This document shows, piece by piece, positions 49,141-59,219 of a DNA stretch of 64,000 nucleotides. Source of the DNA: Candidatus Eiseniibacteriota bacterium. GTDB taxonomy: Bacteria; Eisenbacteria; RBG-16-71-46; JABDJR01. The DNA is taken from assembly GCA_963762255.1 (NCBI GenBank), contig CAVXKA010000003.1, positions 512,001 to 576,000 on the forward strand. The letters run 5' to 3'. Both the position numbers and the translations under genes were made by a program. Position 1 is the stretch's first letter. Each line of letters starts with the position of its first letter. A model generated the notes under the pieces. The model had not been told where the DNA came from. It saw only the letters and a program-made list of their open reading frames with translations, and searched no databases.

Positions 49141-50184
49141 TCAGATGTGGGCGAGAAGCACGTCCCTGGTTCGGGCGGCAACGTCATCGAAGCTGAAGCG
49201 GCGCGCCCGCAGCGGTCCCGCCTCGCTGAGTCGGCTGCGCAATTCCGGGTCGCTCACGAGTCGCTCGAGCCCGGCAGCGATGGACCCGACATCCAGGGGG
49301 TCGACGTAGAGAGCGGCATCTCCCAGTACTTCGGGAATCGAAGCCGCCGAGGAGGCCAGAACCGGCGCCCCGGCCGACAGGGCCTCCAGAGGCGGGGCGC
49401 CGAACCCCTCGTAGAGCGAGACATACGCGAAGACCCGCGCCCCGGTGAGGAGGGCAGGCAGGGCCCGGTCCTCCACTCGTCCCAGCCAGCGCACGCCGGC
49501 GATGTCCGCCGGAAACGTGGCGCTCTGAAACGCACGCTGGTTCGGGCGGTCTCCTGCCAACGCCAGCACGACGTCCGCAGGTAGGCGCGCACGGCAGTAT
49601 TCCCATGCCTTGACGAGCCTATCGATGTTCTTTCGAGGCTCTATAGAGCCCAGGTAGAGCACGTAGCGGTCAGGGGCAAGGCCGTACTGGTTGCAGATGC
49701 GCAGAACTTCTTCCGGGGGACGGGCTTCGAAGCCGATGGGGACCGCACTGGGAATGACGGTGATCTTTGCATCCGGCACTCCGGTGAGCGCGGTGATGCG
49801 GCCCCGGCTGAACTCGGAGACGGTGATGATGTGGCGGACTCGTCGGGCCAATCGCGGGATCAGCCAACCCGCGTAGCCAGCGAACTGGCCCCGGAACCAC
49901 TCCGGGTGATCCAGCGCCGCCATGTCGTGAAGGGTGAGCACTTGGTGCTCTACCGAGAGCGGTCCCGTGTTGGCGGGGCTCCACAGCAGGTTTCTACCGG
50001 CGCGCGCCGGCAGGACGAGTTGTTCCCATGCCTGGTTGAGAACCGGGGCCATGTGGAAGTCCGGTTGCACACGCCGGACCGAATCTCCCAGCCGCGTCAC
50101 GATCTCCCGGGTATAGCGATGGAGTCCGGTAAGCGGGTTGAGCAGGACCCGCGTGTTGACCGCGATCGAGGGAGACTGTCTCAT
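49141..50184 (-). CDS. Glycosyltransferase family 4 (MtfB/WbpX-like)
   Basis: WEQLVLP, TLHD, TVSEFS, GSIEPRKN and SLYEGFGAPPLEA. Confidence 0.88.
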   Translation of the reverse strand: MRQSPSIAVNTRVLLNPLTGLHRYTREIVTRLGDSVRRVQPDFHMAPVLNQAWEQLVLPARAGRNLLWSPANTGPLSVEHQVLTLHDMAALDHPEWFRGQFAGYAGWLIPRLARRVRHIITVSEFSRGRITALTGVPDAKITVIPSAVPIGFEARPPEEVLRICNQYGLAPDRYVLYLGSIEPRKNIDRLVKAWEYCRARLPADVVLALAGDRPNQRAFQSATFPADIAGVRWLGRVEDRALPALLTGARVFAYVSLYEGFGAPPLEALSAGAPVLASSAASIPEVLGDAALYVDPLDVGSIAAGLERLVSDPELRSRLSEAGPLRARRFSFDDVAARTRDVLLAHI

Positions 50185-50348
50185 GCTCCGCCTCACCACC
50201 CCTTCGTGCTTTGAATCCATCGTAGAAAGATAGCCAACGCCGGCCACCGGCGACAACCGACACCTGAGATCGAGATGAAGCTCTCGGTGCGCGTCCGGGC
50301 ATGGGGGTTCGCCTTGACCACCGGAACTCAGGTGTATCTAATACCAGG

Positions 50349-52067
50349 ATGGTCGAGGATGGCGGCGTGGGTTGTGGGAAGTCATCGGGGAGAATTGAGG
50401 AAGGACGGGGCCGCCGTCTTCTTGTCGCTTCATTGGTCCTTCTGAGCGGGTGGATTCTCGTCAACGTCTTGCGGATGCTCTGGCAGCCGCTGATCATGGA
50501 CGAGGTGGACTTCATGGTCGCGACCATGGCTTGGCCCCTCGACGCAGCCGCTGTGCCCCATCCCCCAGGCTACGTCCACCTCTTGCGACTCCTCTTCTCC
50601 GTCTTGGGCCGGGCCGATACGGTCGCCCGGCTTCCCGGAATCGTCTGCGCCCTTGCGACTCTGTGGTGCCTTCCGGCCGTGATACGCAGGGTCTATCCAG
50701 CCTCCCCAGATCGAGGCGTCACGACCCTAATGGCGGTATGGTTCCTGGGGCTGGCTCCCATGACGACGCAGAGCGCGATGCTCGTAGATATCGACAACAC
50801 GGTCATGATGCCGGTCCTTCTGTTCCTCTTCCTGCTCTGGTTTCGGTGCCGGGACGACGGAGGCCGGTGCTCGATAGCCCTGTTCGGAGCCGGGTTCGCC
50901 GCCGCCCTCTGGGTGAAGTTCCCTCCGCCCGCATTGTTCATCATCGGCGTCGGCCTGGAGACCCTCTGGAGCAAGGACTGGAGAGCACTCGGCCGACTAG
51001 TAATGGGGGGCCTACTGGGGGTCGCCCTGTTCGCCCTTACCTTTGCCCTGGAGACGTTAAAGACCGGTTTCGGGATGGCCCAGATGAGCGGGAGCTTCGC
51101 CAAACTCATGCTCCTCACCCAGTGGCATCGCATCCTGATAACTTTTCCTCAGACCATGGGGGTCTTCGTCGTGTGGCTTGGCGTCCCGTTGTCGCTGCTG
51201 GCCGCGGCGGCCATTGCCCGGGTCTTGTCGCGGGGCCGCAGACCCCTGAACCATGCGGAACGTTCGCTGGCCGTGTTCGCTCTCATCTCCTTAACGTTCT
51301 ACGCCTTCGCCAATGCTCCTTCTTACGGGTATCCCAAGTACCAGTCGGTCACAGTTCCCATCCTGGCCGTGCTCGCCGCTCGCCTGGTGGCGAGAGGCTG
51401 GAAGCGCCATCCGCAGATCTCGTGGATTCTGACCTTGTTGGCGGCGGGGGCCACGCTGCTGATTGGACTTCTATCCGGTGATCCGATGCTGAGATTTTTC
51501 CGAGTCACTCAGGAAACAGCGATTGGGGAACTGGCCACGCGCATGACGCGGGCGGGAGAAGCAGTCTGCCTCACTTCCATTCCGAGCTTCGCCGTACTCC
51601 TGGTCGTGGGATGGGTCGCGATCCGGAGGAAGATCCGGTTCAGCGATCTCGCTTGGGTGGGTTTGGCCGCGACCGTGCTCGGGCAGTCCACCGTCACCCT
51701 GATCGCGCAGAGCGGAGCCCAATACAGTACCCGCTATCACTACGGAGCGGACTTCACCACGTACCTGGAGGCGTGCCAGGAACTCGAGTCCCGGCTTCCC
51801 CCGAGGACATTCGTCATCGCACCCAAGGACATCATGCACCATGGGGGATTCCGCGGCAGGTTCGTGACCGAGATCGTCCGGGAAGATCAAGGGCCGGACA
51901 CTCTTCTTGCCGTCATGTCATGCAATGACGTGAGGGCGCTGGTACTCAGTGGGCGTGAGCAAACGCGGGCCCGGGTGACGCTGGACGACCCCCAGGTGGA
52001 CACCCTGTTGAGAGGGCAGTTCATCTCGAGCCGGGTGGGAGAGTATCTCCTCTTACTCCGGCCTTGA
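50349..52067 (+). CDS. GT-C (ArnT/PMT-like) polytopic glycosyltransferase
   Basis: MDE...HPPGY...VARLP and ALWVKFP loops; more than 11 TM. Start uncertain (50301 or 50349). Confidence 0.65.
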   Translation: MVEDGGVGCGKSSGRIEEGRGRRLLVASLVLLSGWILVNVLRMLWQPLIMDEVDFMVATMAWPLDAAAVPHPPGYVHLLRLLFSVLGRADTVARLPGIVCALATLWCLPAVIRRVYPASPDRGVTTLMAVWFLGLAPMTTQSAMLVDIDNTVMMPVLLFLFLLWFRCRDDGGRCSIALFGAGFAAALWVKFPPPALFIIGVGLETLWSKDWRALGRLVMGGLLGVALFALTFALETLKTGFGMAQMSGSFAKLMLLTQWHRILITFPQTMGVFVVWLGVPLSLLAAAAIARVLSRGRRPLNHAERSLAVFALISLTFYAFANAPSYGYPKYQSVTVPILAVLAARLVARGWKRHPQISWILTLLAAGATLLIGLLSGDPMLRFFRVTQETAIGELATRMTRAGEAVCLTSIPSFAVLLVVGWVAIRRKIRFSDLAWVGLAATVLGQSTVTLIAQSGAQYSTRYHYGADFTTYLEACQELESRLPPRTFVIAPKDIMHHGGFRGRFVTEIVREDQGPDTLLAVMSCNDVRALVLSGREQTRARVTLDDPQVDTLLRGQFISSRVGEYLLLLRP

Positions 52068-52168
52068 GAGCACAGAAGCTTCCTGGCTTCCCTCACGTGC
52101 TCCGGAGTCCTGCAGTCCCCCCCAATTCAGTTGACGCCCCCCGCCCTCCCTCCTGAATATTGTCCCCG

Positions 52169-53332
52169 ATGCGCGTCGCCCTCTTCTCCGAAGTCGTCCC
52201 CCCCGTCCACGACGGCGCTTGCCGCGCTGTCACCAACCTCTCCGCTTCGTTGGACGAGGAAGGGATTCCCTACCAGATCATCTCCGGCGTCACGCCGTCG
52301 CCCGAATTGTCCTGGGGACGGTCGGTGCACACCGTCCGCTCGGTGCCATTCATCCTGAACCATCACTATCGCGTCTCACTCCCCTTCGCACCGCACTTGG
52401 ACGCTGCGCTCGATCGATTCCAACCTGACATCCTGCACGCGGCCAACCCCACGTTGCTCGGCCTCTATGCGCTCTCGTACAGCAAGCGCCGCAACATCCC
52501 GGTTGTCGCAAGCTACCATACCAACTACGTGTCTTACTTCCCATACTACCGGGTGGGAAAGATGCAGTGGTTGGGCTGGTCGCTCCTGCGGTGGTTCCAT
52601 TCGCGGTGCCGCGCCACCTACGTTCCTTCGCGCACCACCATGCAGGAGCTGCGCGCGCGCGGAATCCCGAGGATGGAGTTCTGGCAGCGCGGCGTGCATC
52701 GCGACCAGTTCAGCCCGCGTTTTCGCAGCGAGGAACTCCGCCGAGCGATCGGCGCGGAGCACATTCCGCTCCTCCTCTACGTGGGGCGTTTAGTCCGGGA
52801 GAAGGATCTCGACGATCTCGTGGCTGCGGTGAAGATTCTCGGCGCCCGCGGCCTGCGCTTCCGCACGGTGATCGTCGGCGACGGGTTGATGCGGCCGGAG
52901 TTGGAGGCGCGCCTCCCCGAGGCGCACTTCACCGGCTATCAAGTGGGACCGGACCTCGCCGCTTGGTACGCCTCGGCCGACGTGTTCGCCTTTCCATCCA
53001 CCACGGAAACCTTCGGCAACGTCATCCTGGAAGCGTTCGCATCCGCGCTCCCGGTGGTGGCGGTGAACTCGGGGGGATCGAAGGATCTGATCGTGCCCGA
53101 TGAAAACGGTCTCCTCGCCCGCCCCCACGACGCCGAGGACTTCGCCGACAAGATCGCGAGTCTCCTCTGCGATCCCGCGCGCCGCGACACCATGCGGGAG
53201 TGCGCGCTCCGGTCGGCCGAGCGTTTTGACTGGGGCGAGGTCAATCGCCGCCTTATCGCCAACTACCGACAGGTGATCCGCGAGCATCGGGGTTCGATCC
53301 AGGAACCGGCCGTGGAGATGGCGACGGGCTGA
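52169..53332 (+). CDS. Glycosyltransferase family 4 (glycolipid synthase-like)
   Basis: ASYHTNY, RGV...FSP, YVGRLVREKD and FPSTTETFGNVILEA. Confidence 0.88.
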   Translation: MRVALFSEVVPPVHDGACRAVTNLSASLDEEGIPYQIISGVTPSPELSWGRSVHTVRSVPFILNHHYRVSLPFAPHLDAALDRFQPDILHAANPTLLGLYALSYSKRRNIPVVASYHTNYVSYFPYYRVGKMQWLGWSLLRWFHSRCRATYVPSRTTMQELRARGIPRMEFWQRGVHRDQFSPRFRSEELRRAIGAEHIPLLLYVGRLVREKDLDDLVAAVKILGARGLRFRTVIVGDGLMRPELEARLPEAHFTGYQVGPDLAAWYASADVFAFPSTTETFGNVILEAFASALPVVAVNSGGSKDLIVPDENGLLARPHDAEDFADKIASLLCDPARRDTMRECALRSAERFDWGEVNRRLIANYRQVIREHRGSIQEPAVEMATG

Positions 53333-53353
53333 GGCCCGCCTCGCGAACGCACC

Positions 53354-54532
53354 GTGAGAGTCTGCGACATTGCCGACGCGTATCACGCCACGAGCGGCGG
53401 CATTCGGACCTATGTCGATCAGAAGATCCGCTTCCTGAGCGCGACCGCCGATCACGAGCACGTGTTGATCATTCCCGCCGACCGTGACTTCCACGAACAG
53501 GACGGCTGCACGCAGGTGTTCGGTGTTGCTTCCCCTCGCATTCCGGGATGCGGCGACTACCGGGCGTTGTTGAGAGAGCGACGCATCCTCTCCATCCTCG
53601 ACCGGACGCGCCCCGACATCGTCGAGTGGGCCAATCCCTACCTTCACCCGTGGGCGGTGTCGCAATTGCGGCGCCGGGGCGCTGCCGTGACCGCGGGCTT
53701 CTATCACACCGACTTCCCCGTCGCCTACGTGGAGGCATCGTTGCGGACGCGCGTCGGCGCCCGAGTCGCCCGCGCCGCCCGCAGGCTGGCCATGCGATAT
53801 GCCCGCGGCGTGCACACGAACCTGGACCTCACGCTCGTTTCCTCCCCCGCCATGGCGCAAACGCTTTCCGACGCGGGCTTCCCACGCGTGGAAGTGCTGC
53901 CGCTCGGCGTCGACACCGAAATCTTTCATCCCGACCGGCGCGACCCTTCTTGGCGGCGCACAATCGGCGTCGGCGACCGGGATCTCCTGCTCGTCTTCGC
54001 GGGCAGGTTCGATCGCGAGAAGCGCGTCGATGTCCTGCTCGAAATGGCCCACAGGCTTCCACCCTCGCTCCCCTGGAAGCTCCTCTTCGTCGGAGATGGC
54101 CCGCAGCGCCCGATGTTGCGTCGTGCGGCGGCCGAGGACTCGCGGGTGTTCGTGCTGCCGTTCGAGCGGGACCGGCAGCGCTTGGCGCGCTATCTTGCCT
54201 CGGCGGACATCTACGTCTCCGCTGCGCGCTTCGAGACGTTCGGGCTCTCGGTGATCGAAGCCCAGGCCTGCGGGCTTCCGGTGGTCGGCCAGCGCGCTGG
54301 CGCGATGCCGGATCGGGTTCCCCCATCTGTGGGCATCCTGGTCGACAGTCTCGACCCCGAAGCCATGGCGAGCGCGGTGGCCGAGATCGCGGGCAAGGGC
54401 CGCGCAGCATTGGGACAGTCCGCGCGCCGGCTGGTTGTCGAGCACAACACATGGGATCGCACCTTCGAACGGCTCGTCGGGCTCTACGAGGAGGCCTCGC
54501 ATGCCACTCGCCGGAGTGCGCGTGCCAGCTGA
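53354..54532 (+). CDS. Glycosyltransferase family 4
   Basis: SGGIRTY, GFYHTDFP, LGVDTEIFHP and ETFGLSVIEAQACG. Confidence 0.88.
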   Translation: MRVCDIADAYHATSGGIRTYVDQKIRFLSATADHEHVLIIPADRDFHEQDGCTQVFGVASPRIPGCGDYRALLRERRILSILDRTRPDIVEWANPYLHPWAVSQLRRRGAAVTAGFYHTDFPVAYVEASLRTRVGARVARAARRLAMRYARGVHTNLDLTLVSSPAMAQTLSDAGFPRVEVLPLGVDTEIFHPDRRDPSWRRTIGVGDRDLLLVFAGRFDREKRVDVLLEMAHRLPPSLPWKLLFVGDGPQRPMLRRAAAEDSRVFVLPFERDRQRLARYLASADIYVSAARFETFGLSVIEAQACGLPVVGQRAGAMPDRVPPSVGILVDSLDPEAMASAVAEIAGKGRAALGQSARRLVVEHNTWDRTFERLVGLYEEASHATRRSARAS

Positions 54533-55592
54533 ACCGAAGACCGCAGTGGCCCTGTTTCGATCCCGGCGGTGGATGCACGCAGCGGCTGGGATTCTGATCC
54601 TCGCGCTCGCGGGCAACGTCGCTTTCGCCCTCGTCACGACGGACCGCGAAGCCTGGGGGACGATTCGTCACGCCTCACCCGCCTTCCTGATCCTGGCCGT
54701 GGCGCTGGCCCTGGTCCCCTTCTTCACGAACGCGCTGCGGATCCGCACCTGGGCCCGCTTCATGGGCGGGACGATTCGGTACCGGGATGCCTTTCGGATC
54801 GCCGTGGCCAGCGATCTCGGCTCCTCCATCGCCCCGACCGCCGCCGGGAGCGGTGCGGTGCGGCTGGCCATGCTGCGCCAGCACGGTCTTTCCACCGGCC
54901 GTTCCACCGCGCTCATTGCCATGACCGTCATCGAAGATGCGACCTTCTTCGCCGTGTTCCTTCCGCTGGGCTATGCGCTTTCGTCCCGTGCGCTCGTGTC
55001 GGTGATGCCGGGAACGTTGGTCCGGGTCATGGAGCGGGCGGGGCTGGTGCTGGCCTGTGCCGTGCTTGTCGGCATCGCGTTGAGCGTGATCGGCGGGAAG
55101 CTCGCCGGCCGCAAGGGGCGCGCGCCCGGCTCTCGCATCGGCGCCTTCATCGAACGCGTGCGCGGCTGGGCGCGGGATGCCCGAGGCGCCCTCGGCGAAG
55201 TTCTTCGCCGCGGCAAGCTCCGCGCTGCCTGCACCCTCACCCTTGCCGCCGTCCAGTGGTTCTGTCGGTACTCGGCGGCGGCGGCGATCTTTGCCGCGTT
55301 CGGACTCCCGTCCTTCCCCCTCACCCATGTGGTTCTGCAATGGGTGGTGTTTACCGCGGGGACGCTCGTCCCAACCCCGGGAGGCGCAGCGGCGGTGGAG
55401 ACGGCGTTCGCCGTGGTGTATCACCCTCTTGTTCCCGATGCGCTCCTGGGTTCGCTGACCGCGATCTGGCGATTCCTGCTCTTCTACCTGATCGTCGCCT
55501 TCGACATCGTGTTCCTGTCGGTCTTCGCGCTCAACCGCAGGCCCACTTCCGCCACCGCGGAGAACGAGGTTTCGTCCTCCCCCGCGATGTGA
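54501..55592 (+). CDS. Lysylphosphatidylglycerol-synthase TM / flippase-like (UPF0104) protein
   Basis: IAPTAAGSG, PTPGGAAAVE and IWRFLLFYL; multi-TM. Confidence 0.8.
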   Translation: MPLAGVRVPAEPKTAVALFRSRRWMHAAAGILILALAGNVAFALVTTDREAWGTIRHASPAFLILAVALALVPFFTNALRIRTWARFMGGTIRYRDAFRIAVASDLGSSIAPTAAGSGAVRLAMLRQHGLSTGRSTALIAMTVIEDATFFAVFLPLGYALSSRALVSVMPGTLVRVMERAGLVLACAVLVGIALSVIGGKLAGRKGRAPGSRIGAFIERVRGWARDARGALGEVLRRGKLRAACTLTLAAVQWFCRYSAAAAIFAAFGLPSFPLTHVVLQWVVFTAGTLVPTPGGAAAVETAFAVVYHPLVPDALLGSLTAIWRFLLFYLIVAFDIVFLSVFALNRRPTSATAENEVSSSPAM

Positions 55593-57041
55593 TCGCGGTT
55601 GGTGGTGAAATTCGCGCCCGCATCCCACCCGATCCAGCAGATGGCGCGCGGTTGATAGCGACCGCCGAGTCCCACGCGGACCGTTCGTTCGCGCGTGCCC
55701 AGGAACAGGTTCGGGCTGGCTGTGTATTGCGGACCGGCCGGAACGGGGTCCCTGAAGTTCCCCACGCCCTGCCTCTGCAACTGCACGGCCGGCGTCAAGC
55801 GCAGTCCGGGCAGGAGGGCGAGCAGATCCGCCGAGACGGTGAGCCGATCGAAGTCTGAATAGTTCTCGCCGAGTCCCCGGCCGAGGTAGCTATAGCGATC
55901 GACTTCGTTGGGGGTCCGGTACGTCCATGCGCCGACACGCGTGTACTCCACGCCCATCGCGTGGCCAGCGTCGGAGAAGTTCCACCGCCCGCCCAGCGTG
56001 AGCGCGTACCCGGTGGGCTCGCGATCGATCGCCCTCGGGCGGCGTGAGATCGACGTCGTCCAGAAGTCCCTCGCCGTAGGCCTCGAACCGACCCGACCGC
56101 CACCAGAAGCCAAGATCCAGCATGAGGTTTGCGACGTTGTCGTGGGGGGGCGCGTCGGTGTCGGAGTAGAACACCTCGACCGGGTTCAAGTAGCGAAGCC
56201 CCAGGCCCGGACGTTCGGAGGCGAATACGACGCCTTCGCCCAGGGAAAGGACCAAGTTCGGCCACGCCAGATCGACGCGATGAGCGCTCACGTAGCGCTT
56301 GTAGGTCCGCAGCGTGTCGAGTTCGCCTACGAAGGACCGCAGCGTGAACCGGCCGGCGCGGAAGGTGAGCCCGATCTGCGGATAGGGTGTAGCGGCGTCG
56401 CCCACCATGAGACCGCGTGTGCCGGCACGCGACCAGTTGCGGGCGAGACGACCGATCATGAACTCACCGTGCGGAAACGCCAGCGAGAGATAGGCTGTCT
56501 CGGACCGACCGATCCGCCGCTGCGGATCGCGGCCGTCCGGGTCGTCGGCAAGAAATTGGTCTTCCAACAGGACGACTTCCGCCGCGACCGGGCCCTCGTC
56601 AACCCACACGGAACCGCGGGCGTACGGCCATGCATCGCCGTCCTCGCCCAGCGGACGGAGCGGGTCCAGCCTCTCGCTCGTGGACGCGCGAGCGCCACCC
56701 TCGATCCACGCCCCCCATGCCACCGTATCCGGCCCGAGAGTGTCCTCGCTGGCGAACTCCTCCTGGAGCAATCGAGCCCAGTGGGCCAGTCCCGCGGGCA
56801 ACAATGCGGGATCGACGGCGCGAAGCTCGTGGGCGACATCGGCGCGACGATAGGGCTGGACCAAGGGGTTCAACGCCGGGAGGTATCCCGCCTCCTGCAG
56901 CAAGTAGATACCCTCGTAGGACCAATGGTCCAGGGTGAGATACCGTGAGCCGTCAGCCGCCTGCGCCGAATCCGCCGACGCGCCCGCGAGCAGGAGTGCG
57001 GTGAGCACGACTGTGCCCATCGCGGCGAGTCTCATCTTCAT
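55484..57041 (-). CDS. Capsule assembly Wzi-family outer membrane protein, frameshift near 56025
   Basis: Signal peptide; DHWSY...QPYRR, IGR..RNW, SAHRVD, GEGVVF...YLNPV, YGEGLLDD, then EYTRV...TY in a second frame. Confidence 0.65.
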
Positions 57042-58135
57042 GACTCCGCGATTCGATCCAGTATTTCCGCGATCCGCTCCCCGGTGCGTCCGTCCCACAG
57101 CTCGGGCACGCGGCCGTGCTTGGCGCCCTCCCGCAGCACCCGCAGTCCCGCCTCCACGATTCGTTCGGGGTCGATGCCCACCAACTCGTTCGTGCCTTCC
57201 GTCACTGTCACCGGCCGCTCCGTGTTGAGCCGAACGGTGAGACACGGCACGCCCAGAAAGGTCGTCTCTTCCTGAATGCCGCCGGAGTCGGTGACCACGA
57301 GCTTGGCGTTGTCGGTGAGCTTGAGGAAGTCGAGATAGCCCTGGGGGTCCACCAGCTTCAGACCGGGGTTGGCCTCGACGAATTCGCCAAGCCCGAACTC
57401 TCCGATGCGGTTCTGCGTGCGGGGGTGCACCGGGAAAAGCACCGGCATCTCGCGGGAGAGCCGCGCCAGAGCGCCCAAGATCCCGCGGAACGTCTCCGGC
57501 TCGTCTACGTTGCTCGGGCGATGGAGCGTGACGAGGATGTAGCCTCGGCGGGTCACGCCCAGGGTCTCCAGCACGCCGCTCGATGCCGCGCGCTCGCGGT
57601 GGTGCACGAGCGAGTCGATCATCACGTTGCCGACGAAGTGGATCCGTTCCGGGGACACGCCTTCGCGCAGCAGGTTCGGCGCGGCGTCGACGCAGGAGGT
57701 GTAGAGGTCGTCGGCCACCGCATCGGTCACCAGGCGGTTGATCTCCTCCGGCATATCGCGGTCGAAGGACCGCAGGCCCGACTCCACGTGGCCGAGCCGG
57801 ATGCGAAGCTTTGCGGCCACCAGCGCCGCGGCCAGGGTCGAGTTCACGTCCCCCACCACCAGCACGTAGTCGGGATGGTGCTCGATGGCCAGCTCCTCGA
57901 ACGCGGTCATCACCTTGGCGGTCTGGCGCGTGTGGGAGTCCGAACCCACGCCGAGGTATACGTCGGGGCGCGGCAGGCCCAGGTCCTCGAAGAACACGCG
58001 CGACATCGCGTCGTCGTAGTGCTGGCCGGTGTGGACCAGAAAGGGCTGCAAGCGCGGATAGGCTCGCATGGCCTCGATGACCGGCCCGATCTTCATGAAG
58101 TTGGGGCGAGCCCCGACGACGCAGGCGACCTTCAT
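57038..58135 (-). CDS. wecB: UDP-N-acetylglucosamine 2-epimerase (non-hydrolysing)
   Basis: GARPNFMK, HTGQHYD, GDVNST, HVESGLRS, PEEINR and TDSGGIQEE. Confidence 0.95.
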   Translation of the reverse strand: MKVACVVGARPNFMKIGPVIEAMRAYPRLQPFLVHTGQHYDDAMSRVFFEDLGLPRPDVYLGVGSDSHTRQTAKVMTAFEELAIEHHPDYVLVVGDVNSTLAAALVAAKLRIRLGHVESGLRSFDRDMPEEINRLVTDAVADDLYTSCVDAAPNLLREGVSPERIHFVGNVMIDSLVHHRERAASSGVLETLGVTRRGYILVTLHRPSNVDEPETFRGILGALARLSREMPVLFPVHPRTQNRIGEFGLGEFVEANPGLKLVDPQGYLDFLKLTDNAKLVVTDSGGIQEETTFLGVPCLTVRLNTERPVTVTEGTNELVGIDPERIVEAGLRVLREGAKHGRVPELWDGRTGERIAEILDRIAES

Positions 58136-58181
58136 CGCGCGATCCCCCGAGCGCCCAGCGCGCCGCAATTCCGTCGCGGCA

Positions 58182-59219
58182 TCAGCGCTTCCCGTACATT
58201 TTCTCGTAGTAGTCGCGAAAAGCGCCGCTCTTGATCCGTTCCCACCAGGTGCGCCGCTGCACGTACCAGCGGATCGTCTCCGGGAGACCGGCCTCGAAGG
58301 CGATCTCGGGGACGAACCCCGTCCGCTCGCGGAGCTTGGAGGCGTCCAGCGCGTACCGTCGATCGTGGCCGAGGCGATCGGTGACGTGCTGGAGCAGGCT
58401 CGCGGGCTTCTCCAGCGTGCGCAGGATGATGTCGGCGATTTCGAGCACGTCGCGCTCGTTGTCGCCGGCAATGTTGAAGATCTCTCCCTCGACCTTGTCC
58501 GCCGGCGCGGTCAGAAGCGTCTCAAGCGCGCGGCAGTGATCGGCCACATGGATCCAGTCGCGGCGATTCTTGCCGCTGCCGTACACGGGGAGCGGCTTCC
58601 CCTCCATCGCGTTCGTGGTGAAGAGAGGGATCATCTTCTCCGGGTACTGGTACGGCCCGTAGTTGTTGCTGCAACGCGTGATCACCACCGGCAACCCGAA
58701 CGTCGCCCAGTAGGCGTGGGCCATGGCATCGCCCCCCGCCTTGGTCGCGCTGTAGGGATTCCGCGGCTTGAGGGGCGCTTCCTCGGTGACCGGATCGCCC
58801 AGGATCTCGCCATACACCTCGTCGGTGCCCACCTGAATGAACCGCCTGACCGGATGGCGGCGCGCCGCGTTGAGCAGCGTGAGCGGTCCTTCGATATTGG
58901 CGCGGATGAGGGGCGACTGGTCTTCGATGGAACGATCGACGTGGGTCTCCGCGGCGAAGTTCACCACGTAATCCGCTTGCTCGACCAAGGGCTCCACCGC
59001 GCGCGGGTCGGCGATGTCCCCTTTCACGAAACGGAACCGCGTGTCCTTCTCGAAGGCCTGGTGGTTTTCGAGGTTCCCCGCGTACGTGAGGAGGTCGAGA
59101 ACGATCACCTGCACCGTGCGCCCGGGCGCGAGGAGTCGGTGCACGAAGTTGGAGCCGATGAACCCGGCGCCCCCGGCGACGAGGACGGTGGCGCCGTCGA
59201 GCCGCGCGGGTAAGGTCAC
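58182..59219 (-). CDS. rfbB: dTDP-glucose 4,6-dehydratase
   Basis: GGAGFIGSNF, DLLTYAGN, AAETHVDRSI, TDEVYG, YSATK and NNYGPYQYPEK. Confidence 0.93.
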   Translation of the reverse strand: MTLPARLDGATVLVAGGAGFIGSNFVHRLLAPGRTVQVIVLDLLTYAGNLENHQAFEKDTRFRFVKGDIADPRAVEPLVEQADYVVNFAAETHVDRSIEDQSPLIRANIEGPLTLLNAARRHPVRRFIQVGTDEVYGEILGDPVTEEAPLKPRNPYSATKAGGDAMAHAYWATFGLPVVITRCSNNYGPYQYPEKMIPLFTTNAMEGKPLPVYGSGKNRRDWIHVADHCRALETLLTAPADKVEGEIFNIAGDNERDVLEIADIILRTLEKPASLLQHVTDRLGHDRRYALDASKLRERTGFVPEIAFEAGLPETIRWYVQRRTWWERIKSGAFRDYYEKMYGKR

